Notes: generated by a model from the sequence alone, not told the origin. DNA of 64,000 nucleotides from an uncultured virus (IMG/VR IMGVR_UViG_3300009378_001140) (IMGVR_UViG_3300009378_001140), one strand, 5' to 3'; positions 18,682 through 27,594 are shown, counted from the first letter of the stretch. A program made the numbers and translations.

Positions 18682-19308
18682 TTAATTCTCATGAATAAAA
18701 GTAGCAATTTTAATATTTTGATCTGTTAGCGCTATGTCTCTATCAGGTAATCGCTGCAACTGTCTAAGTCTAGCTAGACCAAAATTGTCAAATCCACCTC
18801 GATCATGTGCAGGATTCATTATGTGACTTCTTCTATTAAGGTGGCCCCACCCAAGAGAATGACCAAATTCATGCTCAAGAACTCTATCCCACGTAGCAGT
18901 GGTGTTTCTAATATACACTCTTGCACCAATTGCCTCTCTTGTATTAGGGTCATAATATAGAGCAGTCTGCCCAGAATGCTGTTCTTTCATTGAAGAACCA
19001 TTCATTTCAACTGTTATGGCTCCAAAGGGCGTGCTATTTGTAAAGCAAATTGTACCATGATCAAAAGAAATACTTCCAATCATGTACCCTAGATTTTTCC
19101 AAAACTTTAAGGCAGATCTTACTCTCTCTATTCTTGCAGGCGAGTCAGGGCAAATTTTAACCCAGGGTGTCGTTCTCCAGGATGCTATTAGATCAGGCTC
19201 ATGACTAGACACCTCTTCACCAACTGAGACATCTCGATCATTGTTGATCTTATCGTCATGCTGATTACACGATAAACCAAAAAACAGAATTGGCATCCAT
19301 TTTTTCAT
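18682..19308 (-). CDS. matrixin-like zinc metalloprotease lipoprotein
   Basis: Lipobox GLSC; HEFGHSLGWGH followed by Met-turn IMNP. Confidence 0.88.
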   Translation of the reverse strand: MKKWMPILFFGLSCNQHDDKINNDRDVSVGEEVSSHEPDLIASWRTTPWVKICPDSPARIERVRSALKFWKNLGYMIGSISFDHGTICFTNSTPFGAITVEMNGSSMKEQHSGQTALYYDPNTREAIGARVYIRNTTATWDRVLEHEFGHSLGWGHLNRRSHIMNPAHDRGGFDNFGLARLRQLQRLPDRDIALTDQNIKIATFIHEN

Positions 19309-19312
19309 CTAT

Positions 19313-19537
19313 TCACGAATTCATATTTTTCTTTTCTATTTCACTAATTAGCAGGTTGATTCTTCCTGACTTGCAAAGCTCTCTATGGACAGACATAACA
19401 GATAAAATATTCCACTCATCAGCAACTTTAACCCATGCTGTTTCGAGATCGCTATCAGAACAATTAAGCATAAATGCTACTGTACTATCAATTTCATCTG
19501 CTGTTGGACTATATTCATATTGATTTTTTTCTGTCAT
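19313..19537 (-). CDS. hypothetical protein
   Basis: AAGGAG RBS. Confidence 0.55.
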   Translation of the reverse strand: MTEKNQYEYSPTADEIDSTVAFMLNCSDSDLETAWVKVADEWNILSVMSVHRELCKSGRINLLISEIEKKNMNS

Positions 19538-19572
19538 TTTTTTACTCCTTAAAGAAGTATAACACTCGCTGT

Positions 19573-19761
19573 CTACTCTTTATTCTTTTTTTTACTCGGA
19601 TGAATTTTATCTGGATATAGGCTTTTAATGCGATGTCTTTGCACTATTTGTCTTTCAAACTCATTCCAGTCTTTTCTTTCCTGTGACGGAATCACGACAA
19701 ACAAGTAGATTAAAAGAATTATTATTACAACAGAAGATACAAACAAAAACAAAAACATCAC
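19573..19761 (-). CDS. small membrane protein
   Basis: Single long hydrophobic segment. Confidence 0.55.
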   Translation of the reverse strand: MMFLFLFVSSVVIIILLIYLFVVIPSQERKDWNEFERQIVQRHRIKSLYPDKIHPSKKKNKE

Positions 19762-20165
19762 TCTTTTTCGTTAAATTTCATCCAGCCGCACGGAATAAAT
19801 ACAGATTCGACATCTTTAATATTATGTCTTACTGGTTTAAAGTCACTATCAACTGAAACGATTATGATGTTTTCAATTATTAAAAAATCACTATTGTTTT
19901 CAATGTTTGTGACCTTTGCTTCGAGAGACAACGATGACGAACCTATATTTTTAACTCCGATCCTGACTTCTAGCATGTTATCTTTTCTTACGGGATTAAC
20001 AATGTCAATTTTTGAAATATGCTTTATTAGACATTTTAATCCAGACATCGATTCGGCATGTTTTATGAGTTCATCATATATCCAGGTAAAAAATACATCA
20101 CTTTTAAGAAGTCCACTTTTGTCAAGATCTTCCTGCCTTACAAGTCTTTTTATGTTGTATTTCAC
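19758..20165 (-). CDS. hotdog-fold (acyl-CoA thioesterase-like) protein
   Basis: VRQEDLDKSG...PVRKD...IGSSSL...VSVD..FKP. Confidence 0.7.
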   Translation of the reverse strand: MKYNIKRLVRQEDLDKSGLLKSDVFFTWIYDELIKHAESMSGLKCLIKHISKIDIVNPVRKDNMLEVRIGVKNIGSSSLSLEAKVTNIENNSDFLIIENIIIVSVDSDFKPVRHNIKDVESVFIPCGWMKFNEKE

Positions 20166-20421
20166 AGTTTTTTGATGCCTTTATTCTTTCAAGCTTTTGA
20201 GATCTGTTAAGTTTTTTAAATTTACACTCTTCTTTTAGTGCAATAGATCGTGACTCAAACTGAGCCCACCAAATTAACATAACTGGTCTTCTTGACCTCG
20301 TATACTTTGCACCTCTCTTTGACTCATTGTGCTCTTTAACTCTACGAGAGACATCTGTTGTAATTCCCGTATACAATGTGTCATCTGAACATGACACAAC
20401 ATATACAAACCACGGTTTCAC
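20122..20421 (-). CDS. GIY-YIG nuclease (YhbQ-like)
   Basis: FVYVV.C.D.TLYTGIT.D..RR...HN...GAKYTR..RP. Confidence 0.92.
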   Translation of the reverse strand: MKPWFVYVVSCSDDTLYTGITTDVSRRVKEHNESKRGAKYTRSRRPVMLIWWAQFESRSIALKEECKFKKLNRSQKLERIKASKNCEIQHKKTCKAGRS

Positions 20422-20690
20422 TATTCTATTTCAGTTAGCTTAAATCGTAGTAAAATGTCTCTACCGTCAATATCTTGAATTGTTGTCTCATAGTCGTAGT
20501 CGTCACCAGTCACAAGATCATAATACTCATCTGACTCTATCACGTCTTGTGCTGTTCTTTTTCCAGTGTGAATATTTTTAGCAAACGTCTTTTCAACTTT
20601 TTTATAAAAGCCATTCTTGCACCGTTTAAAACAAAGCGAGCTTTCAATAATAAGATCTGGAGCCGATGATCTTATCTGTTTTGTCCCCAT
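20421..20690 (-). CDS. hypothetical protein
   Basis: Coupled ORF. Confidence 0.5.
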   Translation of the reverse strand: MGTKQIRSSAPDLIIESSLCFKRCKNGFYKKVEKTFAKNIHTGKRTAQDVIESDEYYDLVTGDDYDYETTIQDIDGRDILLRFKLTEIE

Positions 20691-20887
20691 TAATCGAGCC
20701 TCATGAGATCATCAGCCCTAAACTCAACAACTTCATCGTTATTGTTGAGTTTTACCTTTATCATGAACAGAGGCTCCATTGCACCACCAACCATCCATTG
20801 TGAGCTTACCTGATGATACATGTCAATCACGACGCCCTTTTGGCTCATATTGTGAAACGGTGCAACTTTGTCTCCGATCTTTATCAT
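20690..20887 (-). CDS. small KOW/SH3-like hypothetical protein
   Basis: MIKIGDKVA...GVVID. Confidence 0.6.
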   Translation of the reverse strand: MIKIGDKVAPFHNMSQKGVVIDMYHQVSSQWMVGGAMEPLFMIKVKLNNNDEVVEFRADDLMRLD

Positions 20888-20941
20888 CTGTTTGTAACTA
20901 TATTGCTACTAACAATTTTGTATATATAACTATGAATAAAT

Positions 20942-21211
20942 TCAGTGATGATGATGTCTGTGATGATGATGTCTGTGATGATTCATTCTTGTGTGATAAT
21001 GACACTCAGTCAGCTTCCAGTGACCTCTTACAACTACACCCCTGACGCTGTGTCGTGGAATCCACTTCCATACAAGATGAGAATTGTGTCTTGCTGCGTG
21101 CTGCCTCTTGTGAGAATTATGAGAGATATCAGTGTGAGCAGATGCTGCACCCATTATCATAAAAACCGCTTGCAATAATAAAAACTTCTTAATCATGCCA
21201 CTTCCTTTCAT
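20942..21211 (-). CDS. exported His-rich protein
   Basis: Signal peptide (ASA), W.W.P.H.....V.GHW segment, poly-His tail. Confidence 0.6.
   Translation of the reverse strand: MKGSGMIKKFLLLQAVFMIMGAASAHTDISHNSHKRQHAARHNSHLVWKWIPRHSVRGVVVRGHWKLTECHYHTRMNHHRHHHHRHHHH
20945..20982. repeat. 15-bp tandem repeat (about 2.5 copies) encoding the His tail
   Basis: Unit gtgatgatgatgtct. Confidence 0.8.
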
Positions 21212-21236
21212 CTATTATAAGCATGAGAATAGAGAT

Positions 21237-21506
21237 TCATTCAGTAAATTGCTGCATCACATCTAGCTCTTCTTCAAGAAAGCTTTTCCTAGCTCCGTTT
21301 ACACTAACAGAATAACTGACTGACAAAGTGCTCTTGCCATTTGACATGCTGTCATACAATGATATCTCATATGATCCTAATATCGTCCCAGCTTCCTTTT
21401 TATCATATGTCACAACTCCATCAACAACTGATGGATTTATTAAGATGGCAACTGTATCACCTTTATTATATTTTTTAGTCACAGCGCAATTTATCCTTAA
21501 TAACAA
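21237..21506 (-). CDS. KOW/SH3-like hypothetical protein
   Basis: KYNKGDTVAI...EEELD. Confidence 0.5.
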   Translation of the reverse strand: MLLRINCAVTKKYNKGDTVAILINPSVVDGVVTYDKKEAGTILGSYEISLYDSMSNGKSTLSVSYSVSVNGARKSFLEEELDVMQQFTE

Positions 21507-21532
21507 TATCTTCTTTTATTTACACACATCAC

Positions 21533-21757
21533 TCAGCTGTCTAAGTCAATTCTATCTATAATAACAACTACCTGATATCCCATAAACGTCAGAGGCAATG
21601 ACCTTCTAACACTTTCAGAATCCTCAGGGTTTGCTACTACCTCTATCAAGGAGCCAAATGAGCTATAGCATATTTTTGCATCATATTCACATGATAGCAT
21701 CTTAGGCAATCCTTTTTTAAACTCCTTAAAGACTTTAGATATCGATTCTTTTTTCAC
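21533..21757 (-). CDS. hypothetical protein
   Basis: ORF in the minus-strand run. Confidence 0.5.
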   Translation of the reverse strand: MKKESISKVFKEFKKGLPKMLSCEYDAKICYSSFGSLIEVVANPEDSESVRRSLPLTFMGYQVVVIIDRIDLDS

Positions 21758-21760
21758 TGA

Positions 21761-22279
21761 TTAAAATCCCATCTGTTTAACAGTTTCATATAATAGTATA
21801 TTTGCGACCTGTGATGTGTTTAAACAGTATCCAACACCGGGCATGGGAATGTGAATAATGTCACTATTTCTTAGAATCTCTGCTGGGACTCCGGTCTCCT
21901 CATTGCCAACCACCAGACACACTCGACATGTAAAGTCAAATCTATAAGAGCCAATTGGTCTTGATCCCTCGCAGATTTCTGCTGATACGAGTTTGATCCT
22001 TTCACCCTCAGCCCAATCTAAAAAATCGCGAGGTGATGAGTGTTGTTTGATATCTACAAAGTCACATAGACTTCCAGACAAAGGGTTTAACATCTTTCGT
22101 TTCGGAACTGATCCGATTACATGCACTCGCTCTGCTCCAAAACATGCTGCAGCCCTTATTAGATACCCAAGATTTCCATCATGCATAAAATTAATACAAC
22201 AAAGACTAACGGGGTATGACTTAGCATTTTTCAATTTTAGGCTATATCTCTCTCTTCTAGTATTGCTTCGCGTATTCAC
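21761..22279 (-). CDS. SpoU/TrmH-family RNA 2'-O-methyltransferase
   Basis: NLG.LIRAAACFG; VGNE..GV; IPMPG...CLN.S. Confidence 0.93.
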   Translation of the reverse strand: MNTRSNTRRERYSLKLKNAKSYPVSLCCINFMHDGNLGYLIRAAACFGAERVHVIGSVPKRKMLNPLSGSLCDFVDIKQHSSPRDFLDWAEGERIKLVSAEICEGSRPIGSYRFDFTCRVCLVVGNEETGVPAEILRNSDIIHIPMPGVGYCLNTSQVANILLYETVKQMGF

Positions 22280-22764
22280 TTATCTCTCTCACTATCATCC
22301 TTTAACATCGAATCATTAGAAAGATCATCAAGATAATCAAACTGTAGCTTCTGAAGATTGCATGTAAAAAACGGATCCTTCTCTTCAAATTCCTTTAGAT
22401 ACTTTTCATCTATGATTGTCTGAAATGTTATGACTCCGCTATCTTTCATCTTTTTTACATAGAACGGATTATCATCATAATAAACAGATATGTTATGAGA
22501 TCTTATCTGATCTAGCTTGTGATCCGCCATTCTCTTAAAATGATCAAGGGTCATATCTGATTTATCATACTCAAAGCCGCACAAAATATCATCATACATA
22601 TCTTCAGTGATTTTCAAGCTATTCAGACCTTCAGATATCTCATTTTTTCTAGAAGCAGGTGTTCCAGTTACTATGTAGATCTTTCCCTTCCAAAGTCTTA
22701 TTAGCTCTATAAAAAAGTCAGGAGAATATGAAAGCGTGTCGTGAAAATCAATTCCAATGTTCAT
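22276..22764 (-). CDS. HAD-superfamily hydrolase-like protein
   Basis: MNIGIDFHDT, IVTG, YYDDNP; start reassigned because the longer ORF overlaps a tRNA. Confidence 0.7.
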   Translation of the reverse strand: MNIGIDFHDTLSYSPDFFIELIRLWKGKIYIVTGTPASRKNEISEGLNSLKITEDMYDDILCGFEYDKSDMTLDHFKRMADHKLDQIRSHNISVYYDDNPFYVKKMKDSGVITFQTIIDEKYLKEFEEKDPFFTCNLQKLQFDYLDDLSNDSMLKDDSERDK

Positions 22765-22790
22765 CTTGCGCACCTTTTTAAAGATAAATA

Positions 22791-22878
22791 TGGCAGTGAG
22801 GGTGGGATTCGAACCCACGGTGCCTTACAACACTCAGGTTTTCAAGACCTGCGCCTTAAGCCTCTCGGCCACCTCACT
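22791..22878 (-). tRNA. tRNA-Ser(UGA)
   Basis: AGTGAGG/CCTCACT acceptor, CAGGT-CT TGA AA-ACCTG, long variable arm, G73, encoded CCA. Confidence 0.95.
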
Positions 22879-22883
22879 AGTTG

Positions 22884-22950
22884 TGGAGCCTCCGGTCAGA
22901 TTCGAACTGAGAACTGGCCGCGGAGATTCTAACCACTGAATTAAGTGCCC
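22884..22950 (-). pseudogene. chimeric tRNA remnant (orphan 5' arm joined to the 3' half of another tRNA)
   Basis: GGGCACT-TA-ATTC AGTGGTTA GAAT, no anticodon arm, then TCAG TTCGAAT CTGAC CGGAGGC TCCA; the two acceptor strands do not pair. Confidence 0.75.
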
Positions 22951-22956
22951 TGAGAA

Positions 22957-23043
22957 TGGAGCTCAGAGTGGGATTCAAACCCACGACGTACTTTCGTATC
23001 AGGATTACAAAACCTGTTCCTTCGATCACTCGGACATCTGAGC
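22957..23043 (-). tRNA. tRNA-Thr(UGU) with an atypical long variable arm
   Basis: GCTCAGA/TCTGAGC acceptor, CAGGT-TT TGT AA-TCCTG, variable hairpin TAC GAAA GTA, U73, CCA. Confidence 0.85.
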
Positions 23044-23790
23044 ATTAAAATTTTTATACTTACTATAGCCTCTCCTGAAGCAATGTTCATCATAAAATTC
23101 TGGCATCAATCGTCTCAATCGCCTGCCTGTAACTTGAGAAACTTCGCCAAAACGTTCGCTAAGCTTTTCTACCCACCCAAACTTTGAAAAATCAATTTCT
23201 CCAGATTCGTGTAAATCTTTTACTTTCTCTACGAACTTCTTATTAAACTCTTCTTTCAATTCTTTCAAGGTCGATCTTTCTTTCTGATATTTTTCAAAAT
23301 CCTTGTTTCCTTTTCGAATTCTAGCTGACGTTTTCTTGTTGCTTTTCCTGCCCCAGTTTCGAAAATTTGAAGTTAGTGCATGACAATTTGGACACAAAAC
23401 CCTGAGATTATCTTTTGAATTATTCTTATGATTTCCATCAATGTGATCGATCTCTAGTATTGAACTTCCACACTTTCTCGTTTTATCAAACCCACACTCT
23501 GAACATTTGAAATTTACTTCTTGGATCAAAATATTTCTTTTAATGGCCCATCCCACTTCGTTCCATGATCTTTTGCAGAATCGATTATGAGCTGCTCGCG
23601 CCCTGTGTGTATCAAACTGTCTACTACACTCATCACATTTATGATTTCCTAGCGCGTTTAAATCTCTACGCCTTTGTATTTTTCGATTTTTTGATCCTTC
23701 TCCATTACAAGCTACTATATGCTTACTAATATTATTAGCACTAAAATAGTCATTGCACAACTCGCAGTGTTTCATTTTGTTTGCTGACAT
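23026..23790 (-). CDS. HNH endonuclease with N-terminal zinc fingers (homing-endonuclease-like)
   Basis: CxxC..H fingers; CSECG...EIDHIDGN..NN...NL..LCPNCH; stop codon lies inside the tRNA-Thr gene. Confidence 0.92.
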   Translation of the reverse strand: MSANKMKHCELCNDYFSANNISKHIVACNGEGSKNRKIQRRRDLNALGNHKCDECSRQFDTHRARAAHNRFCKRSWNEVGWAIKRNILIQEVNFKCSECGFDKTRKCGSSILEIDHIDGNHKNNSKDNLRVLCPNCHALTSNFRNWGRKSNKKTSARIRKGNKDFEKYQKERSTLKELKEEFNKKFVEKVKDLHESGEIDFSKFGWVEKLSERFGEVSQVTGRRLRRLMPEFYDEHCFRRGYSKYKNFNAQMSE

Positions 23791-23840
23791 ACATATCTAT
23801 TATATAGACAATTCGAACTTTTGTTTAGGATAAGATAAAG

Positions 23841-23867
23841 TGCAATAGGCCACTATGCGACGGAGGC
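23841..23867 (-). pseudogene. orphan 5' half of a tRNA
   Basis: GCCTCCG-TC-GCAT AGTGGCCT ATTGC-A; the acceptor strand is the exact complement of CGGAGGC at 22888-22894. Confidence 0.75.
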
Positions 23868-23903
23868 AATAAGTAAAAGAACGAAAAGAACGAGCTGTCT
23901 AAC

Positions 23904-24320
23904 TTACGAGAGCGTGGTCTCGGTGATCTCAACCCTGAAGGTTGTCTCATTGATATACTCTGGCTCCCACAGCTCATCAGCGTGGCACTGAAAGAACATC
24001 ACGAGATCACTCAGGCACGGCTCACCGTCAGCGTGGAGGTCAGCCCACTCAATCCCTGCATTGATCCGAGCAGGGATGTCACACCACATGTCCTCCTCAT
24101 TCCAGCTGTCATAGAGGTACATCTTTGTATACTCCTTTACAAGACAACGCTCAGCGTCCTCGCGGCTCTTGAACGTGCCGACAACGTTAGAGTATGTCTC
24201 AGCACGCTTGTAACAGTCGATCTCATCGAATTTTGTCACGGTATACACCGTCTCAACGGCGTCTTCCACCTCAACATTATCTGTTTCCTCTGCTGTATTT
24301 TTAAACCTAACTGTGATCAT
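23904..24320 (-). CDS. hypothetical protein
   Basis: 138-aa acidic ORF with GGGAG RBS; locally more GC-rich. Confidence 0.6.
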   Translation of the reverse strand: MITVRFKNTAEETDNVEVEDAVETVYTVTKFDEIDCYKRAETYSNVVGTFKSREDAERCLVKEYTKMYLYDSWNEEDMWCDIPARINAGIEWADLHADGEPCLSDLVMFFQCHADELWEPEYINETTFRVEITETTLS

Positions 24321-24356
24321 ACTATTTCTCCCTTATGTTGTTTTGATAGCAAAATT

Positions 24357-24441
24357 TGGTAGGCACGGTAGGACTCGAACCTACATGCACCAATTACCCT
24401 AGTTTTATGCACGGTATATAAGACCGCTGGGATACGTGCCC
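24357..24441 (-). ncRNA. tRNA-Ile(UAU)-like RNA with internally permuted D-arm
   Basis: GGGCACG/CGTGCCT acceptor, A73-CCA, perfect T-arm, GCGGT-CT TAT AT-ACCGT arm; D-arm elements are in swapped order. Confidence 0.8.
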
Positions 24442-24460
24442 AAATAATTCATCTATGTCA

Positions 24461-24489
24461 ATTATATTCTAATCGTTACACATTTACAC
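24461..24489 (-). promoter_or_regulatory. promoter directly upstream of the tRNA-Ile-like RNA
   Basis: GTGTAA-17 nt-TATAAT. Confidence 0.75.
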
Positions 24490-24496
24490 GAAAAAG

Positions 24497-24571
24497 TGGC
24501 TGGGGCGGGAGGGGTCGAACCTCCAGCTTCGGCATTAACAGTGCCGCGTTCTGCCATTGAACTACACCCCA
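24497..24571 (-). tRNA. tRNA-Asn(GUU)
   Basis: Canonical cloverleaf, CGGCA-CT GTT AA-TGCCG, G73, CCA. Confidence 0.97.
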
Positions 24572-24817
24572 TCACTGTTGCTCATTCTCATCAGAAGTAA
24601 AAGCCTCACCGATGATCTTGCTGATGCCCTTGACATATCCTGGATTATGTGTGTTGTTGACATCAAGCCAGACTCTGACCCAGTCATCCCAGACGACTTG
24701 GATCTTATCGAGTGGATAGACCTCCATGACTGTTCCAAGTTTGCCTGTTTTTTGACATTGAACTCTGTCACCGTACAGATAGTTATTTGACATCTGTGTT
24801 AGCATCTTCTTTTTCAT
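24572..24817 (-). CDS. small KOW/SH3-like hypothetical protein
   Basis: YLYGDRVQ...GKLGTV...VVWDD. Confidence 0.55.
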   Translation of the reverse strand: MKKKMLTQMSNNYLYGDRVQCQKTGKLGTVMEVYPLDKIQVVWDDWVRVWLDVNNTHNPGYVKGISKIIGEAFTSDENEQQ

Positions 24818-24828
24818 GATATATCCTT

Positions 24829-24857
24829 ATTATACACAATAGGCAAAGAAATTACAC
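24829..24857 (-). promoter_or_regulatory. sigma70-like promoter
   Basis: GTGTAA-17 nt-TATAAT. Confidence 0.75.
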
Positions 24858-24858
24858 A

Positions 24859-25929
24859 CTATAGCAACTTAATGTGAGTGGAGCTTTCAATCGCTCCTGA
24901 TGATGTCTGACAGATGAATCTTGCCTTTGCATGAAGCTCATCGATGTTTATTGCGCCGGTATATGACAAACCTGATCTGATTCCTGCGCCTATCTCTCTT
25001 AAGACGCTATCGACAGACCCCTTTGTCTGAACTATGGTTGACACTCCCTCAAGAGATGACGCGTGACCTCGCCAGTCAATTTGAGCCTCTGCAGATGCCA
25101 TTCCACGATAGGCCTTATACGTCTTATCACCTTTATAAATTATCTCACCTGGAGATTCAAGTGTGCCTGATAACATTGACCCTAGCATTACAAAGTCTGC
25201 ACCTGCCGCAAGAGCTTTGACGATATCTCCGCTATTTTTAATTCCGCCATCCGCAACAATCTGTACAGATCCAGCAAACTCTGATGACGATATGTCAAGA
25301 ATAGATTGAAATGTTGGAACACCATGACCAGTTTGAATTCGAGTGGAACATATCGATCCACCTCCCACACCTACTCTAACACTTGTCGCGCCCCACCTTG
25401 ACAGGTCATCAAACCCTTCTCTTGTTGCAACATTTCCTGCCATGATATGAACATCTCTAATCTCTTTACGAAGAGCCTCAAGAGCAGTTTTCATCATTGT
25501 GTGATGACCATGAGCAACATCAACACATAGAACTTTTACACCTGATCTCACTAGCTCTACTGCTCTATCAACATAATCACCTGTTATTCCAATAGCTGCG
25601 CCAACATTTTTTACTCCATTCCTTCGTGCGATCAAAACCTCAGACACCTGATCGTCGATTGTATTGTATCTATGAATTATTCCCATTCCACCAGATAGGC
25701 ACATCTTCTCTGCCATAGCTCCGCAAGTTACAGTATCCATTGGGCTTGAAAAAATAGGAAGACCTAATCGACCGACCCTCTCCAAAGATGATCCTATGTC
25801 TATCTTAGACCTGCTTCTAATTTCAGAGTACTGTGGAACCAACAGGACATCATCAAAACAAAGGCCTGTCATAAATTTTTCATAATTTTTCTTACTAATA
25901 AGCATGTGATCTCCCGCAATATTTCTCAC
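24859..25929 (-). CDS. guaB: IMP dehydrogenase / GMP reductase family, lacking CBS domains
   Basis: [34 protein letters not shown] and YRGMAS. Confidence 0.9.
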   Translation of the reverse strand: MRNIAGDHMLISKKNYEKFMTGLCFDDVLLVPQYSEIRSRSKIDIGSSLERVGRLGLPIFSSPMDTVTCGAMAEKMCLSGGMGIIHRYNTIDDQVSEVLIARRNGVKNVGAAIGITGDYVDRAVELVRSGVKVLCVDVAHGHHTMMKTALEALRKEIRDVHIMAGNVATREGFDDLSRWGATSVRVGVGGGSICSTRIQTGHGVPTFQSILDISSSEFAGSVQIVADGGIKNSGDIVKALAAGADFVMLGSMLSGTLESPGEIIYKGDKTYKAYRGMASAEAQIDWRGHASSLEGVSTIVQTKGSVDSVLREIGAGIRSGLSYTGAINIDELHAKARFICQTSSGAIESSTHIKLL

Positions 25930-27542
25930 ACAAAGCTTTTCTTAAACTCTTCAGGAAACATATCTCTATTCTGTCTAAAGAATCTTTCCCAGTCAGAATC
26001 TAGAATGTACGTTACAGCACTATCATCTTCTGATCTTACACTTCGTCCTGCAGACTGAACTATCTTTTTTGCAGTCTGTAGGGGATACCATCCTTTCCAC
26101 TTATTCATTCTCTTCTTTATAAGCGGATCTCCAAGATAGGGATATGGAATCTTCATTATGATCTGAAATCTTGATAGATCACCGTGAAGGTCAACACCCT
26201 CAGACATTGAAGGTGATAGTAAAACTGTCGGCTCTTTTGATCTCATGTGCTTTCTTAGAATCTCATCCCTGTTTTCACTAGTATGAATTAAAAGCCTCTT
26301 TGACCTAATGTGACTCTTTAGATATTTTGCAATTCGATAAGTGTGGCAGTGAATAACTCCCTTCGAATTCTTGTGTTCCTTTAGAATTTCTCTAACCGCT
26401 TGCGTCATTTTCGGAAGAGACATATCAATGTTTTTAGCACTCATACTTCCAATCGGATATGATATCACGGGTCGATTCTCAACAGCAAACGGTGAGGGAA
26501 TTGAAATAAATGCGACATCAGACTCATCAAGACCTAGAGATCTACAAAATGTCTTGTGATCTAATATCGTCGCTGACATCATAAGAATCTTATCACCCAA
26601 CCTGAACAGATATTCGTCAGCAAAAGGAGACACATCAATTGCCTTGAATACAAACTTCCTCTTCGATCGACCGTATGCGCTGACACTATCCATCACCCAG
26701 TTATCTTTATCGTATACCTTGAGAAACTTTTCAATTTTTCCAACGTGAGACTTTAGCATGTCATACTGCTTTGAAAGTGATGCAAATTCCTTAATTCTGC
26801 TTTTAAGACCCGTCTCTTTAAGCGTCTTATCCATGTGGCTAAGCTGTGATTTGATCTTAGGAAAATATGTCTCCTTCATCCACTTCACAACCTGAAACTG
26901 TGTGGTGTGGACAGGCCATGATATCTTCAATGCGTGCTTAACAAACCTCTCAGAGACTGTTACTTCAACAAACTTACTCAGCTCAGATTCAATATTGTGA
27001 CACTCATCTATCACAAGAACGCGTCTAGGGGTTATCTTTCTAGAAAATGCTGCTTCTGTTAGAAAATATGGAAAATTTGTAACAGACGAAGGTGAATCTA
27101 GAAACTTTTGTTTTGCATTTTTGTATGTGCAATTATATGTGCACACCTTAAAGAAGCGACTGTCTTTGTCTTCATTTCTTATTAGCCTCTGCGATTCTTG
27201 ACATGAATTTTTTTTATGATATGAGCACTTATAATTTGACGAAGACTTTATTGACTTCATGCTCCCACGACGGCATCCGAAGTCATTTTCATATTGATCT
27301 TGCAAGATCTTTTGAGTCGTTACAAAATATGATCCAGGAGAATATTCATCGACACTGCCAAGATTGTTATTTAAATATCTTGAAACAGTTAGTCCAATTG
27401 CTGATTTTCCTGTTCCAGTTCCTGACTCTAAGATAACTAGCTTTTTTTCATTGTTGATAAATGCATTTAACGCAAAGTTAATTGCTTTAACCTGACAATC
27501 TCTGATCTTTTCGTGTGGAAATAATTTAGTATAGTCAAACAT
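25926..27542 (-). CDS. DinG/XPD-family helicase
   Basis: GTGTGKS, Cys cluster, DECH, SAT, EGVD, K.PYP and QSAGRSVRS. Confidence 0.92.
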   Translation of the reverse strand: MFDYTKLFPHEKIRDCQVKAINFALNAFINNEKKLVILESGTGTGKSAIGLTVSRYLNNNLGSVDEYSPGSYFVTTQKILQDQYENDFGCRRGSMKSIKSSSNYKCSYHKKNSCQESQRLIRNEDKDSRFFKVCTYNCTYKNAKQKFLDSPSSVTNFPYFLTEAAFSRKITPRRVLVIDECHNIESELSKFVEVTVSERFVKHALKISWPVHTTQFQVVKWMKETYFPKIKSQLSHMDKTLKETGLKSRIKEFASLSKQYDMLKSHVGKIEKFLKVYDKDNWVMDSVSAYGRSKRKFVFKAIDVSPFADEYLFRLGDKILMMSATILDHKTFCRSLGLDESDVAFISIPSPFAVENRPVISYPIGSMSAKNIDMSLPKMTQAVREILKEHKNSKGVIHCHTYRIAKYLKSHIRSKRLLIHTSENRDEILRKHMRSKEPTVLLSPSMSEGVDLHGDLSRFQIIMKIPYPYLGDPLIKKRMNKWKGWYPLQTAKKIVQSAGRSVRSEDDSAVTYILDSDWERFFRQNRDMFPEEFKKSFV

Positions 27543-27594
27543 AATCTTGTATTTTTATTCTATCCCGCTATTTTTGACACTGCTATGTTAATTG

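Noticed and set aside
21497..21525. Additional GTGTAA-N17 promoter
   Set aside because: The -10 box reads TATTAA and lacks the conserved final T, so it was too weak to list.
22741..22939. Plus-strand ORFs and the N-terminal extension of the HAD ORF
   Set aside because: These are shadows of tRNA genes.
22957..23043. Reading this tRNA as Tyr(GUA)
   Set aside because: GTA is one base off-centre in the 7-nt loop, and the acceptor end (C2-G71, U73) is Thr-like.
22911..23840. Group I intron in a tRNA
   Set aside because: The insert is almost fully occupied by the HNH ORF and a tRNA. No catalytic core is visible, and splicing would not restore an anticodon arm.
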